A stretch of 64,000 bases of DNA from Bacillota bacterium. GTDB lineage: Bacteria > Bacillota > Clostridia > Saccharofermentanales > Saccharofermentanaceae. The notes under the pieces were generated by a model. It saw nothing but the letters and a program-made list of their open reading frames with translations. It ran no database searches and was not told the DNA's origin. Positions 9,552-18,353 of this stretch are shown here, in pieces. The stretch's first letter is position 1, and every line of letters starts with the position of its first letter. The position numbers and the translations under genes were made by a program. Location: assembly GCA_036782995.1 (NCBI GenBank), contig DAIPXZ010000001.1:1-64000 (forward strand). The letters are read 5' to 3'.

Positions 9552-10647
9552 GGTTATTCTCCTCCCAATCGGCGGTAAATGCCGAAATTTGTTGATTCAT
9601 TATTTCATTGACGGATTGACCGTCACGATAGACCTTTGCCCATTCGACAGAAGCCGATACAGCCTCGTTAATATGCCATGTTGGCTTCCAGCCGAAAGTC
9701 TTCTTAATCTTTGAGCAATCGAGCTTCAGGAAGTTCGCCTCATGCGGGCCGCCCACAAATTGGTTCTCCCATGTCATGCCCTCGCCCCACGCGTCGCAGA
9801 ACAGATTGACCAAATCGCCGGTTGTGACACAATCGCAATCGTCTGGTCCTACATTATAGTAGTCGGCAAAAGACTTATCTTCATACTGTTTCTTTGCAAT
9901 GAGCAAATAGGTAAAAAGCGGCTCGAGGACATGCTGATATGGCCTTGTCGAATGTGGATTACGCACGACGATGGCATGCTTTGCCAAGGCAGCGCGGATA
10001 GAGTCCGGGATGATGCGGTCGACGGCAAAATCACCGCCGCCAATGACATTACCTGCACGTGCCGTCGAAATCGCAACGTCACGATCGGCAAAAAAAGACA
10101 ATTTGTAGCTATGTGTGACGAGCTCCGAACAGGATTTACTGTTCGAATACGGATCAAATCCGTCGAGCGGGTCAATTTCACGATAGCCCCATTCCCATTC
10201 GTTGTTATGGTAGACCTTATCCGTCGTAACATTCAAAAAGGACTGCACCGTATCGCTCATACGAACACATTCCAAAATATTGACCGTGCCCATGACGTTC
10301 ACTTCGTATGTATATGCGGGGCGAACGTAAGAGTCACGAACAATCGGCTGTGCCGCCATGTGAATGACGATTTCCGGTTTTGCCGCCTGAAAAGCCTTTG
10401 AAAGAGCATCTGTATCGCGGATATCTCCGATGACAGAAGTCATTTTTTCATCAAGCTCGAGCATGCTAAATAAAGACGGCTCCGTCGGCGGATTCAGTGA
10501 ATATCCGGTCAATTCGGCGCCTGCGTCGACCAATATCTTCGAGAGCCACGCGCCCTTAAATCCGGTGTGTCCAGTCAGGAACACTCTTTTCCCTCTGTAA
10601 AAATCCAGCATTACCATGTTTTCCATGGGGCATTTCCGGATGCCCAC
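9544..10647 (-). CDS. ddhB: CDP-glucose 4,6-dehydratase (RfbG/DdhB)
   Basis: The N-terminal sequence carries the GKRVFLTGHTGFKGAWL Rossmann motif, and the YxxxK SDR region is present. The true start is probably an internal ATG at ~10611-10617, where TAATG overlaps the ddhA stop; the track's N-terminal extension has no RBS. Confidence 0.9.
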   Translation of the reverse strand: MGIRKCPMENMVMLDFYRGKRVFLTGHTGFKGAWLSKILVDAGAELTGYSLNPPTEPSLFSMLELDEKMTSVIGDIRDTDALSKAFQAAKPEIVIHMAAQPIVRDSYVRPAYTYEVNVMGTVNILECVRMSDTVQSFLNVTTDKVYHNNEWEWGYREIDPLDGFDPYSNSKSCSELVTHSYKLSFFADRDVAISTARAGNVIGGGDFAVDRIIPDSIRAALAKHAIVVRNPHSTRPYQHVLEPLFTYLLIAKKQYEDKSFADYYNVGPDDCDCVTTGDLVNLFCDAWGEGMTWENQFVGGPHEANFLKLDCSKIKKTFGWKPTWHINEAVSASVEWAKVYRDGQSVNEIMNQQISAFTADWEENNHV

Positions 10648-11384
10648 ATTTCCTCCAGTTCCATTTTATCGCGCTGTGTATCCATGCACTTCCAGAAGCC
10701 TTTATGCTTAAAGGCGTCCAATTGACCTTCCTTGGCCAGCTTTTCGAGCGGAGCTTTCTCGAAAACCGTCTTGTCGCCTTCGATATAATCGAAAACCTTC
10801 GGCTCGAGAATCATGTAGCCGCCGTTGATTAAGCTGCCATCCGCTTCGGATTTCTCACGGAATGATTGAATACATGCATTGCTCGCGATATCCAAAACAC
10901 CAAAACGCTGGCCGACGCTAACCGCCGTCAACGTAGCAATATGATTGTTTTTCTTATGAAATGCGATTAATTTTTCGATATTTACATCGGAAACACCGTC
11001 ACCATATGTCAAAAGAAACGGCTCTTCGCCGATATAGCGAGAGATTCTCTTGATTCGACCGCCGGTCATAGTATTGAGGCCGGTGTCCACGACGGTTACG
11101 CGCCACGGTTCGGCAAAGTTCGAATGGATTTCCATTTTATTCTCTGCGGTAAAATCGAAAGTGATATCCGAACGGTGGAGATAATAGTCAGCGAAAAACT
11201 CCTTAATCACGTGCTGTTTGTATCCACAGCAAATGATAAATTCATTAATGCCGTAATTCGATATGGTCTTCATGACATGCCATAACATCGGCATGCCTCC
11301 GATTTCGATCATAGGCTTCGGCTTCAAGTGGCTTTCTTCGGAGATACGTGTTCCGAACCCGCCTGCTAATATGACTGCCTTCAT
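10611..11384 (-). CDS. ddhA: glucose-1-phosphate cytidylyltransferase (RfbF/DdhA)
   Basis: MKAVILAGGFGTRISEESHLKPKPMIEIGGMPMLWHVM... is the canonical G1P-cytidylyltransferase N-terminus. The start was moved to the ATG at 11384 (RBS GAGGTGAAGGA); the upstream extension in the track is non-coding-like. Confidence 0.9.
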   Translation of the reverse strand: MKAVILAGGFGTRISEESHLKPKPMIEIGGMPMLWHVMKTISNYGINEFIICCGYKQHVIKEFFADYYLHRSDITFDFTAENKMEIHSNFAEPWRVTVVDTGLNTMTGGRIKRISRYIGEEPFLLTYGDGVSDVNIEKLIAFHKKNNHIATLTAVSVGQRFGVLDIASNACIQSFREKSEADGSLINGGYMILEPKVFDYIEGDKTVFEKAPLEKLAKEGQLDAFKHKGFWKCMDTQRDKMELEEMWASGNAPWKTW

Positions 11385-11518
11385 GTCCTTCACCTCGTTC
11401 TTTTCGCACTTCACAGCTATGAAAATGCAAGTGCTTCTATTCGTAAAATCCCGAAAATCGGGCATTTACCACCAGTGTGAACCATCTCACGTATTATACG
11501 AGCATATGGTTTCGATTG

Positions 11519-12691
11519 TCAATTTTCCCCGACAGAATCTTTACTTTCCTTGCTGTCCTTGTCTTTCTTGTCGGCAGATTTTTTCGTTGTTTTCTTTGTG
11601 CTCTTTGGCTTCTCGGGTTTGGATTGCTCCTCTTCTTTATCCGTCTTCACGGCCTTGGTTTTTCTGACCTTGGTCGGTTCTTTTGCCAAAAGGTTGGTTT
11701 TCAATGGTGCCACGATTGCTTCTGCTTTCGCTTCAATCTCCGCAGACACGGTTTGCTTATCAAAGTTGATTCGTTCTTCTTCGATGACAAGCGGACGTTT
11801 CATCATACGGTTATTAATGGCAAGAATGTACTCGCCGAGGAAGCCGATGAAAAAGATTTGAACAGAGCCTAAGATAATAACGGCCAATAGAATCGGCAGG
11901 TTACCCGCCGGGAATGAATTCCACATACAAAGCTTCAAAATGAAGTATACAAGACCGGCTACGAGGCTCAAGGCGGCACATAGTGCACCGGCGATGGTCG
12001 CGATGCGAAGACCGACCTTGGTATACGATGTTATCGAGAGCATAGCCGCATCATAGAGTCGATAGAAGTTATTAGAGCTCTTTCCGCGTTCGCGTTTCGG
12101 CTGATCATAAGGAATGTCCTTGCGTTTCCAGCCCATCTCGGCAACAATACCGCGCAAGAACGGGGTTGGGTCATCGAGGCGACGCAGCACATCAATAAAC
12201 TCCTTATCGTAAAGGCCGGAGCCTGTGAAATGTTCAATTTGTTCGACGTCAGAAAGCTTCTTGATTAGCTTATAGTAGCAGGTGCGAAGGAAACGGAGAA
12301 TTTTGTTTTCGTGACTCGTCGTCTTAATTCCGATGACGATTTTATAGCCATTTTCCCACTCGCGCACGTATTTAACGATATTTTCAATCGGGTCTTGGAA
12401 ATCGCAAACCATAGTAACCGTGCAATCACCTGTCGTTTGCAAAAGGCCGTAGTATGGCGAATTGAATTGTCCGAAGTTGCGGACGTTAAAGATTGTCTTG
12501 ATATGTGGATTTTTATGGCAGATTTCACGAAGTAAAGTGCGTGAGCTATCTTTCGAATCGTTATCAATAAAGATGAGCTCCCAATCGTAGTTTGCCAGCT
12601 CGTTGGAAAAAAGATTCGTTATCGCTTCACTCATCGGAATGATATTTAATTCCTCGTTATAACACGGAATTAAAATGCTGATTTTCTTCAT
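11519..12691 (-). CDS. family-2 glycosyltransferase, GtrB/DPM1-like polyprenyl-phosphate sugar transferase with C-terminal 2 TM and Lys/Glu-rich tail
   Basis: The GT-A N-terminus ILIPCYNEE...FIDNDSKDSS carries DxD-type motifs. Two C-terminal TM helices (IAGALCAALSLVAGLVYFILKL / LPILLAVIILGSVQIFFIGFLG) are typical of GtrB/CsbB-type enzymes. It ends in a ~70-aa K/E/T-rich low-complexity tail. Confidence 0.8.
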   Translation of the reverse strand: MKKISILIPCYNEELNIIPMSEAITNLFSNELANYDWELIFIDNDSKDSSRTLLREICHKNPHIKTIFNVRNFGQFNSPYYGLLQTTGDCTVTMVCDFQDPIENIVKYVREWENGYKIVIGIKTTSHENKILRFLRTCYYKLIKKLSDVEQIEHFTGSGLYDKEFIDVLRRLDDPTPFLRGIVAEMGWKRKDIPYDQPKRERGKSSNNFYRLYDAAMLSITSYTKVGLRIATIAGALCAALSLVAGLVYFILKLCMWNSFPAGNLPILLAVIILGSVQIFFIGFLGEYILAINNRMMKRPLVIEEERINFDKQTVSAEIEAKAEAIVAPLKTNLLAKEPTKVRKTKAVKTDKEEEQSKPEKPKSTKKTTKKSADKKDKDSKESKDSVGEN

Positions 12692-12701
12692 AACTGTATC
12701 C

Positions 12702-13619
12702 TCACTTCTCTGTCTTAATCCACTCTAGCGTTTGTTTGATACCTTCTTCAAAGGATGTTTGCGGTGTGAAACCAGTATCGGCAGTCAGCGTATCAATATC
12801 GGCACACAGGTACATGACTTGTTTGTCATAATAGGGCACTTCGCCAAAACCAATGTCCGCTTGTGGTGCGGTCAAATCCCGTATTGTCGTGATATAGTCT
12901 CGAAGCGGCTGCACTCGCCCTCCACCCAATGCATAAACGGCGCCGTCCGGAGCCTTTTCGCAAGCAAGCATAAAGGCACGTGCCGCGTCATCGCAGTATA
13001 AATAGTCCCACATCTGCTCGCCCTTGGTGTATGTCGGGCGTTCCCCTGCGAGAAGCTGACGGATACCAGACATCACCATCGTATGCTCACCGTCATGTGG
13101 CCCGTATACGCTCAATATACGCATCCAGATATGACGAATATGCAAAGCATTACATTCCACTCGTGTCATCTGTCCTGCGCACAGTTTCGCAATACCATAT
13201 CCCGTCTCCGGAAAAGTCGGCGTGTCAGGGGCAAGCTTCGTGCCATCCGGTACTCGACCGTACTCCGCCTGACTTCCCGCGCCAATAAAAACTTCACATC
13301 CGATACGTGAAGCCAATCGAACCGCTTCGACTGCCGCACGCGCATTATCGAGCTGCAGGGGCATATCATTGCGTGCGTCACCATGTGTGCCGCCCCATGC
13401 CAAATGGAAGAAAGCATCGTATTTTTTGTCCGTATGAAAAGACGAAAATGCGCTCATTTCCACCGCCTCGGTGGTCACCAAGGGATGTTTCGGAATGCCG
13501 GCATTGCGGGTAGAAGATGGGTTCGTTAAAACCAATACCTCAACCTCATTTCGAATCAGTTCGCGAATAATCGCGAGCCCAATCATGCCTGTCGCTCCGG
13601 TAATAACCGCTCTTTTCAT
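12702..13619 (-). CDS. NAD(P)-dependent epimerase/dehydratase-family (SDR) sugar-nucleotide reductase, YerF/paratose-synthase-like
   Basis: It has a GATGMIGLAI Rossmann motif and YGIAK (YxxxK). Its position directly downstream of the ThDP enzyme within a CDP-dideoxyhexose cluster supports the reductase call. Confidence 0.75.
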   Translation of the reverse strand: MKRAVITGATGMIGLAIIRELIRNEVEVLVLTNPSSTRNAGIPKHPLVTTEAVEMSAFSSFHTDKKYDAFFHLAWGGTHGDARNDMPLQLDNARAAVEAVRLASRIGCEVFIGAGSQAEYGRVPDGTKLAPDTPTFPETGYGIAKLCAGQMTRVECNALHIRHIWMRILSVYGPHDGEHTMVMSGIRQLLAGERPTYTKGEQMWDYLYCDDAARAFMLACEKAPDGAVYALGGGRVQPLRDYITTIRDLTAPQADIGFGEVPYYDKQVMYLCADIDTLTADTGFTPQTSFEEGIKQTLEWIKTEK

Positions 13620-13622
13620 GAA

Positions 13623-15455
13623 TCAGTTTGTCTCCAATCGTTTTGCTGCTTCATATTCTTCTCGCTCGAGGAACGGGAACATGTCATCGAGTGATGGTGA
13701 TACGATTTTGCCGTCCGGAAGCACCTTCGAAGAGAGCTTCGGCGAGAAATTCTGCTTCGGGTCAACAACGACTTCACAGAAGATTGGGCCTTCTGTTGAC
13801 AAGAGCTTCTCGGTAATCTCCTTTACGTCGTCCAAATTGTCGAGACGGACAAACGGAATATCATAGGCCGCGGCGAGCTTTTCGGGTGACGGGAACGTAA
13901 GCCCCGAGCCCACACCAATGCCCAAAAGCGGCGGTTGGAAGAAGTTCGTCTGTGTTTGACGGATGGAATGATATCCCTCGTTATTTAAGTAGACGATTTT
14001 TATGTTCATTTTGTTGCATCCAACGGTCGCCAATTCCTGCAAATTCATTTGGAAGCTGCCGTCTCCATCGATGCAAATGACGCGCTTGCCTTTATTCGCC
14101 ACAGCGGCGCCAATGGCGGCCGGAAAACCGTAACCCATGGCGGCGCAGCCAGAGTTCGTGTAAAGGCGTTGATGTTCTTTTACTACGGCGGATTGGAAGG
14201 TCATGACGCAGGCGCTGCCATTACCGCAAATCACGGTCTCATCGTCGGACCAGAGCTTACTGAATTCCGTGACAAAAGCGTATGGATTCATCGGTTGTTT
14301 AACCGCATAGTATTCCGGCATGGTGGCAGGATATTGAAGGAAAACTTTTCTTGCGTGGTCGAGCCAAGCCTTATGATCAGCGTTCTTCGCCGCGCCGATT
14401 GCATAGGTATTCGTCGATTTTTCAAGCGCACGAAGCAGTGAAGGAATCACATCGCCGCAATTTGCATGAATCGGCATATCTGGTGTGACGGTCGGTTTCT
14501 TGAGCTCGTTCTCGTCGATATCAACGACAATTTTGAAGGCATCCTTCGCAAAATCACGATAGTTATAGCTGATGATTCGGATGTTCATACGGCATCCAAG
14601 AACAAGTAACAAATCGCAGCCCTGAACGACAAAGTTTCCACCACGAACACCAATGGTACCCGGACGGCCGCAAAAGCAAGGATTTGCATCTGCTATCAAA
14701 TCGTTGGAGTTCCATGCAGTGACAACCGGAATGCTAAGCTGCGAAACCAGTTTGCTTAATTCCTCGCGCATCCCGGAGAGGTGAACTCCCGTGCCAACGA
14801 GGATACACGGCTTCTTGGCCATAGCAATTTTGGAAAGAATCTCAGGTGTGAGGTTCTCATCATATGTTGGATTGAGTGGTGTATCCAGTTCGTCAGGAGA
14901 GAACCCTGCGAGCTCATCGGTTTCAACAATCGCCGCTTGGATATCGAGTGGGATATCCAGCCATACCGGACCCGGGCGGCCGTTTGTAGCAAGATAGAAT
15001 GCTTTTTCCAAATGATAACGAATGGACGTCGGTTCGGTAATCATAACCGCGTATTTCGTCATATTCTTTACGGAGTCGACAATATTGAATTCTTGGTCGC
15101 CGAGCTGACGAAGCGGAACCGGAGTCGACCATATTGTCGTTTCCCTTTTCACTTGGCCGGAAAGGACAAACATCGGGATAGAATCAAGCCATCCGCCCAT
15201 GACGCCCGTGATGGCGTTCGTCCCGCCGGGGCCGCTCGTTACGCAAAGCGAAGCCATTTTTCCAGTCATACGTGCATAGCTTTCCGCCGCAATGGCCGAT
15301 GCCTGCTCATGGTGGTTATAGATGGTATGAAGTCCGGGATGATGGCCAAGCGCATCGTTCAGGTGCATGGCACCGCCGCCTGTGACGGTGAAGTTGTCTT
15401 CGATTCCTTGCGCAACAAGAAAATCCGCAATGAGATGGGCAATTTTTTGTTTCAT
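13623..15455 (-). CDS. thiamine-diphosphate-dependent enzyme of the acetolactate-synthase/YerE family (putative sugar C-branching enzyme)
   Basis: 610 aa with the three ThDP-enzyme domains: N-terminal Pyr domain (...HHEQASAIAAESYARMTGKMASLCVTSGPGGTN...), a central domain, and a C-terminal PP domain (GDGSFQMNLQEL). It is embedded between the ddh genes and the SDR reductase, as YerE is in yersiniose clusters. Confidence 0.75.
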   Translation of the reverse strand: MKQKIAHLIADFLVAQGIEDNFTVTGGGAMHLNDALGHHPGLHTIYNHHEQASAIAAESYARMTGKMASLCVTSGPGGTNAITGVMGGWLDSIPMFVLSGQVKRETTIWSTPVPLRQLGDQEFNIVDSVKNMTKYAVMITEPTSIRYHLEKAFYLATNGRPGPVWLDIPLDIQAAIVETDELAGFSPDELDTPLNPTYDENLTPEILSKIAMAKKPCILVGTGVHLSGMREELSKLVSQLSIPVVTAWNSNDLIADANPCFCGRPGTIGVRGGNFVVQGCDLLLVLGCRMNIRIISYNYRDFAKDAFKIVVDIDENELKKPTVTPDMPIHANCGDVIPSLLRALEKSTNTYAIGAAKNADHKAWLDHARKVFLQYPATMPEYYAVKQPMNPYAFVTEFSKLWSDDETVICGNGSACVMTFQSAVVKEHQRLYTNSGCAAMGYGFPAAIGAAVANKGKRVICIDGDGSFQMNLQELATVGCNKMNIKIVYLNNEGYHSIRQTQTNFFQPPLLGIGVGSGLTFPSPEKLAAAYDIPFVRLDNLDDVKEITEKLLSTEGPIFCEVVVDPKQNFSPKLSSKVLPDGKIVSPSLDDMFPFLEREEYEAAKRLETN

Positions 15456-15492
15456 AAGTCTTCTCTCCAGTGTATGAAATGCGTATTGACGC

Positions 15493-17103
15493 TTATTCGA
15501 CGAGGTCTTTCTCGTAATATGATTCGGTCACAAAAGTAATGTCCAGACCGTTTCTTACTCGAGCGAGACTCTTCTTCGTATCTTCATTAATCTCGATGGC
15601 CTTCGTCTTACTGAAGCTGTGTGCCATGTTGGGATTGACATAATCTGGTGTTTCCGCCGTCGTATATCCATCAAAGCCCGCAAGTGCGATGCTGTTTACA
15701 CCGATTTTTGACGAAAGCTTCAAAAGCATAATCAGCGGATTATCTACAATCATGGCATCTTCGTCAAGAAGACTGCTGTAATTTAAGGTGTAATCGAAAT
15801 CACCAAGTGCACGTGTGACATTACTCGTCGCAATCGTGCGAATCGAATCCGGAATCATGGAGAGCTGTGATGACAATTGAACATAGCGTTTCGCATTGCT
15901 CATGACGATATAGTCGACACAATAGCTCTTCGGGAGAAAGTTCACGGCAATTACTACCGGGTGATTGGCCTCGATATAGGCATTAACCCGATCTTTATCA
16001 TCAATGACACGATTGCCCGGCCCCAAGAGCAGGATATTCTTTCCGGAAAGCTTGCGTGTCAGGCGTTCGATGGCCTTGCCGTCGTCGCATTCATTTTTTT
16101 GGTAATTAACATAAAGCTCCTCGGCGTATTTCTGATCGTAAAGAAGCTTCTTGTCAGGCGTAATGGAGTCCAGGATTGCATTGATGTCCTTCACGGATAG
16201 CTTCTTTTTGTTTGTTAAATAGGAAACGTAATTCGGGTGGCAGTCATTCGATGCCGAGAGGAAAAACTTAAAGCTGTATCCCCACGGTGTCTTCTTATAG
16301 AAATCAAGCATCGTTACGTCGATGGCCTCGAGTAACTGACTCTTCACGTATTTCTTGCCGCAATAATCATTCATGTAGGTAGCAAGGAGCTCAATTGGCG
16401 CATTGCCGGCGCTCTTGCCCATGCCATAGAGAGTGCCGTCAATTAACAGAGTACGGTCGACTTCATTTTGAAGAAGCTCAATGCAATTTGCAAAAGCGAG
16501 CTGAAAATTGTTGTGGGAGTGATATCCGATGGCTACCGACGGCTTCAATTTCGCATCTGCCATCTGGAAATAATGTTGGAGCTTCTCTTTATGGAGAAGG
16601 CCGTATGTGTCTACCAATGAAAAAGCAAATGGTTCGAGGTCATTTACGAGCCCCATCAGTTCATCAAAATCTTCATCACTATATGCCGTGATGGACACCG
16701 CTTGCGAAAAAACTTGGTATCCCAACGCCTTAAGCTGCTTACAGTATGCAATCGCATCGTGCATGATTTCTTTCTTAAAAATCACGCGAATACCATCAAG
16801 GAAGCAGTCTTTGCAAGGCATAATATTCGAAATATCACATGTGCCGTAGTCAATCATACCGACAACCATCGTGTTGCCCTTATTCAAATGACCATAGATT
16901 TTATTCACCGACAAGGTGTCCGGCATAATGCTACGGTTAATATCGAATTCACGACGGTCATCAAGGAAACCGACTTCGATGACCTCAAGATTGGCTCCAA
17001 TGATACGCTCGAAAATATTGACCATATTGTTGTTGCCAAATGCCCAATCGTTGACGTAACCGCCATCACGCAACGTGCAATCAAGAAGTATTTTATTGCC
17101 CAT
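15493..17103 (-). CDS. HMGL-like (DRE-TIM aldolase / pyruvate-carboxyltransferase-type) domain fused to a C-terminal Rossmann-like domain of unknown function
   Basis: The N-terminal LLDCTLRDGGY...GYHSHNNFQLAFAN matches the HMGL-like aldolase family (4-hydroxy-2-oxovalerate aldolase / isopropylmalate-synthase type). The C-terminal ~230 aa (KNILLLGPGNRVID...IALAGFDGY) is not recognised. This is the first gene of the sugar operon. Confidence 0.6.
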   Translation of the reverse strand: MGNKILLDCTLRDGGYVNDWAFGNNNMVNIFERIIGANLEVIEVGFLDDRREFDINRSIMPDTLSVNKIYGHLNKGNTMVVGMIDYGTCDISNIMPCKDCFLDGIRVIFKKEIMHDAIAYCKQLKALGYQVFSQAVSITAYSDEDFDELMGLVNDLEPFAFSLVDTYGLLHKEKLQHYFQMADAKLKPSVAIGYHSHNNFQLAFANCIELLQNEVDRTLLIDGTLYGMGKSAGNAPIELLATYMNDYCGKKYVKSQLLEAIDVTMLDFYKKTPWGYSFKFFLSASNDCHPNYVSYLTNKKKLSVKDINAILDSITPDKKLLYDQKYAEELYVNYQKNECDDGKAIERLTRKLSGKNILLLGPGNRVIDDKDRVNAYIEANHPVVIAVNFLPKSYCVDYIVMSNAKRYVQLSSQLSMIPDSIRTIATSNVTRALGDFDYTLNYSSLLDEDAMIVDNPLIMLLKLSSKIGVNSIALAGFDGYTTAETPDYVNPNMAHSFSKTKAIEINEDTKKSLARVRNGLDITFVTESYYEKDLVE

Positions 17104-17289
17104 ATCTACACCCCGTTATTCGGTAATTCATTCGTTACATACTGCTAAAATTGTACAACAGATTTGTATATTATCCAACACAAAAAACGAGGTGATACGT
17201 CGCATTTTGCCGTTGTATCTTTCAATAAATTTGGCACATTTCACATAGAGACACGGACAGGAAATGCTTTTCTCGCGCGGAGAATAATA

Positions 17290-18270
17290 TCACTTCTTCG
17301 TTTTCTCCTGCTTGGCTTCAGGGTTTCGTTCTCCTTGTAGGAGTTTTGTCGTTGAAAATACTCGAACCGCGTCCCAAAGCTCTCTTCGCCTTGTCGATTG
17401 TAAATGTGGGAATGCACGCAGGAAACGCTTCTGTTCTTTTCCGAGTGCGGCGTATAGTGTGCGCAACCGGCCCTCAAGGGATGCTCTCTGTTCTTCGTCG
17501 TCTGATTTATTCCGGATTTCATCAAGATACTCCTTGGCTTCTTCAATTCGAAGCTTCGCCCCATCGATTCGTTGCCTTGTTCCTTCGGAAAGAGCGTCTT
17601 TCTGATCCTTCATCGCCGCCACAAGAACATCTTGCTTCTCCTTCACGGTTTCCTTCGTCTTTTCCGCCTTGGCAAGTACGGTCAATGTGCGATCAGCAAC
17701 ACCCGCTCCGATTTTGTCGGAAACGTTGTGTAGTGCCGTCGCCACTTCCTGAATTTGCGCAATACGACGATTCATCTTGACGACTGCCAATACTGTCGCG
17801 ATGAGGTCTGCGAGGAAAACGGCACCAAAACCGCTGTTAATAATCCATAGCACGTATTCCGGAAGCGGGTTCACAGCTGCATTGATAATCGGATGTACGA
17901 CGTCGACAACGAGGACACATGCGAGACCCCAAAGAATGGAAAACGAAAGGCAAATATATCCGCCAAGATTGAACTTTTTATCGGAGTAATCCCACCATGT
18001 TTGGTGAAACAGCTTCTTCATTAGGAACCCCCCAACGAGCTCGACCGACGTGGTTAATAAACAAGATACGAGGAAAAGTAATGCCAGATTATCCTTGAAA
18101 GGATTAATTACAAGAAGAACAAGATTGACACCAAATCCGTAAATCGGGCAAACCGGTCCGAACAAGAATCCACGGTTCACGAATTTGCCTTCTTCCAAAG
18201 CCGCATAAGCAACCTCGGTGCACCAGCCGATAAAAGCGTAAACAAAAAAGAATAGTACAAACTTCGCCAT
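17290..18270 (-). CDS. DUF1113-type ('putative ABC-transporter type IV') membrane protein with long coiled-coil/charged C-terminal tail
   Basis: The N-terminal FFVYAFIGWCTEVAY motif and 4-5 TM helices are present. The C-terminal ~150 aa is K/E/R-rich and helical. Confidence 0.55.
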   Translation of the reverse strand: MAKFVLFFFVYAFIGWCTEVAYAALEEGKFVNRGFLFGPVCPIYGFGVNLVLLVINPFKDNLALLFLVSCLLTTSVELVGGFLMKKLFHQTWWDYSDKKFNLGGYICLSFSILWGLACVLVVDVVHPIINAAVNPLPEYVLWIINSGFGAVFLADLIATVLAVVKMNRRIAQIQEVATALHNVSDKIGAGVADRTLTVLAKAEKTKETVKEKQDVLVAAMKDQKDALSEGTRQRIDGAKLRIEEAKEYLDEIRNKSDDEEQRASLEGRLRTLYAALGKEQKRFLRAFPHLQSTRRRELWDAVRVFSTTKLLQGERNPEAKQEKTKK

Positions 18271-18289
18271 CGTTTCTCTCCCTAATCAT

Positions 18290-18345
18290 TATTTATTCAT
18301 TATATCGCATGATTCATGGTAAAATACACGCATGAATCAAGGAGG
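18290..18345 (+). promoter_or_regulatory. promoter with extended -10 (TGgTAAAAT) overlapped by inverted repeat CATGATTCATG...CATGAATCA, upstream of the RR/HK operon
   Basis: The sequence cgCATGATTCATGgtaaaatacacgCATGAATCAagg lies immediately upstream of RBS AAGGAGGGG and the ATG at 18354. Confidence 0.35.
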
Positions 18346-18353
18346 GGAAATTC

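Noticed and set aside
8988-10401. Plus-strand ORFs of 182 and 219 aa
   Set aside because: They are antisense to ddhC and ddhB, whose minus-strand frames carry unmistakable conserved enzyme motifs. These ORFs have Cys/Arg-rich atypical composition.
14781-15539. 252-aa plus-strand ORF spanning the ThDP-enzyme/HMGL-gene junction
   Set aside because: It is antisense to the ThDP enzyme's N-terminal Pyr domain and is Arg/Cys-rich. Real genes in this operon are all on the minus strand with coupled starts.
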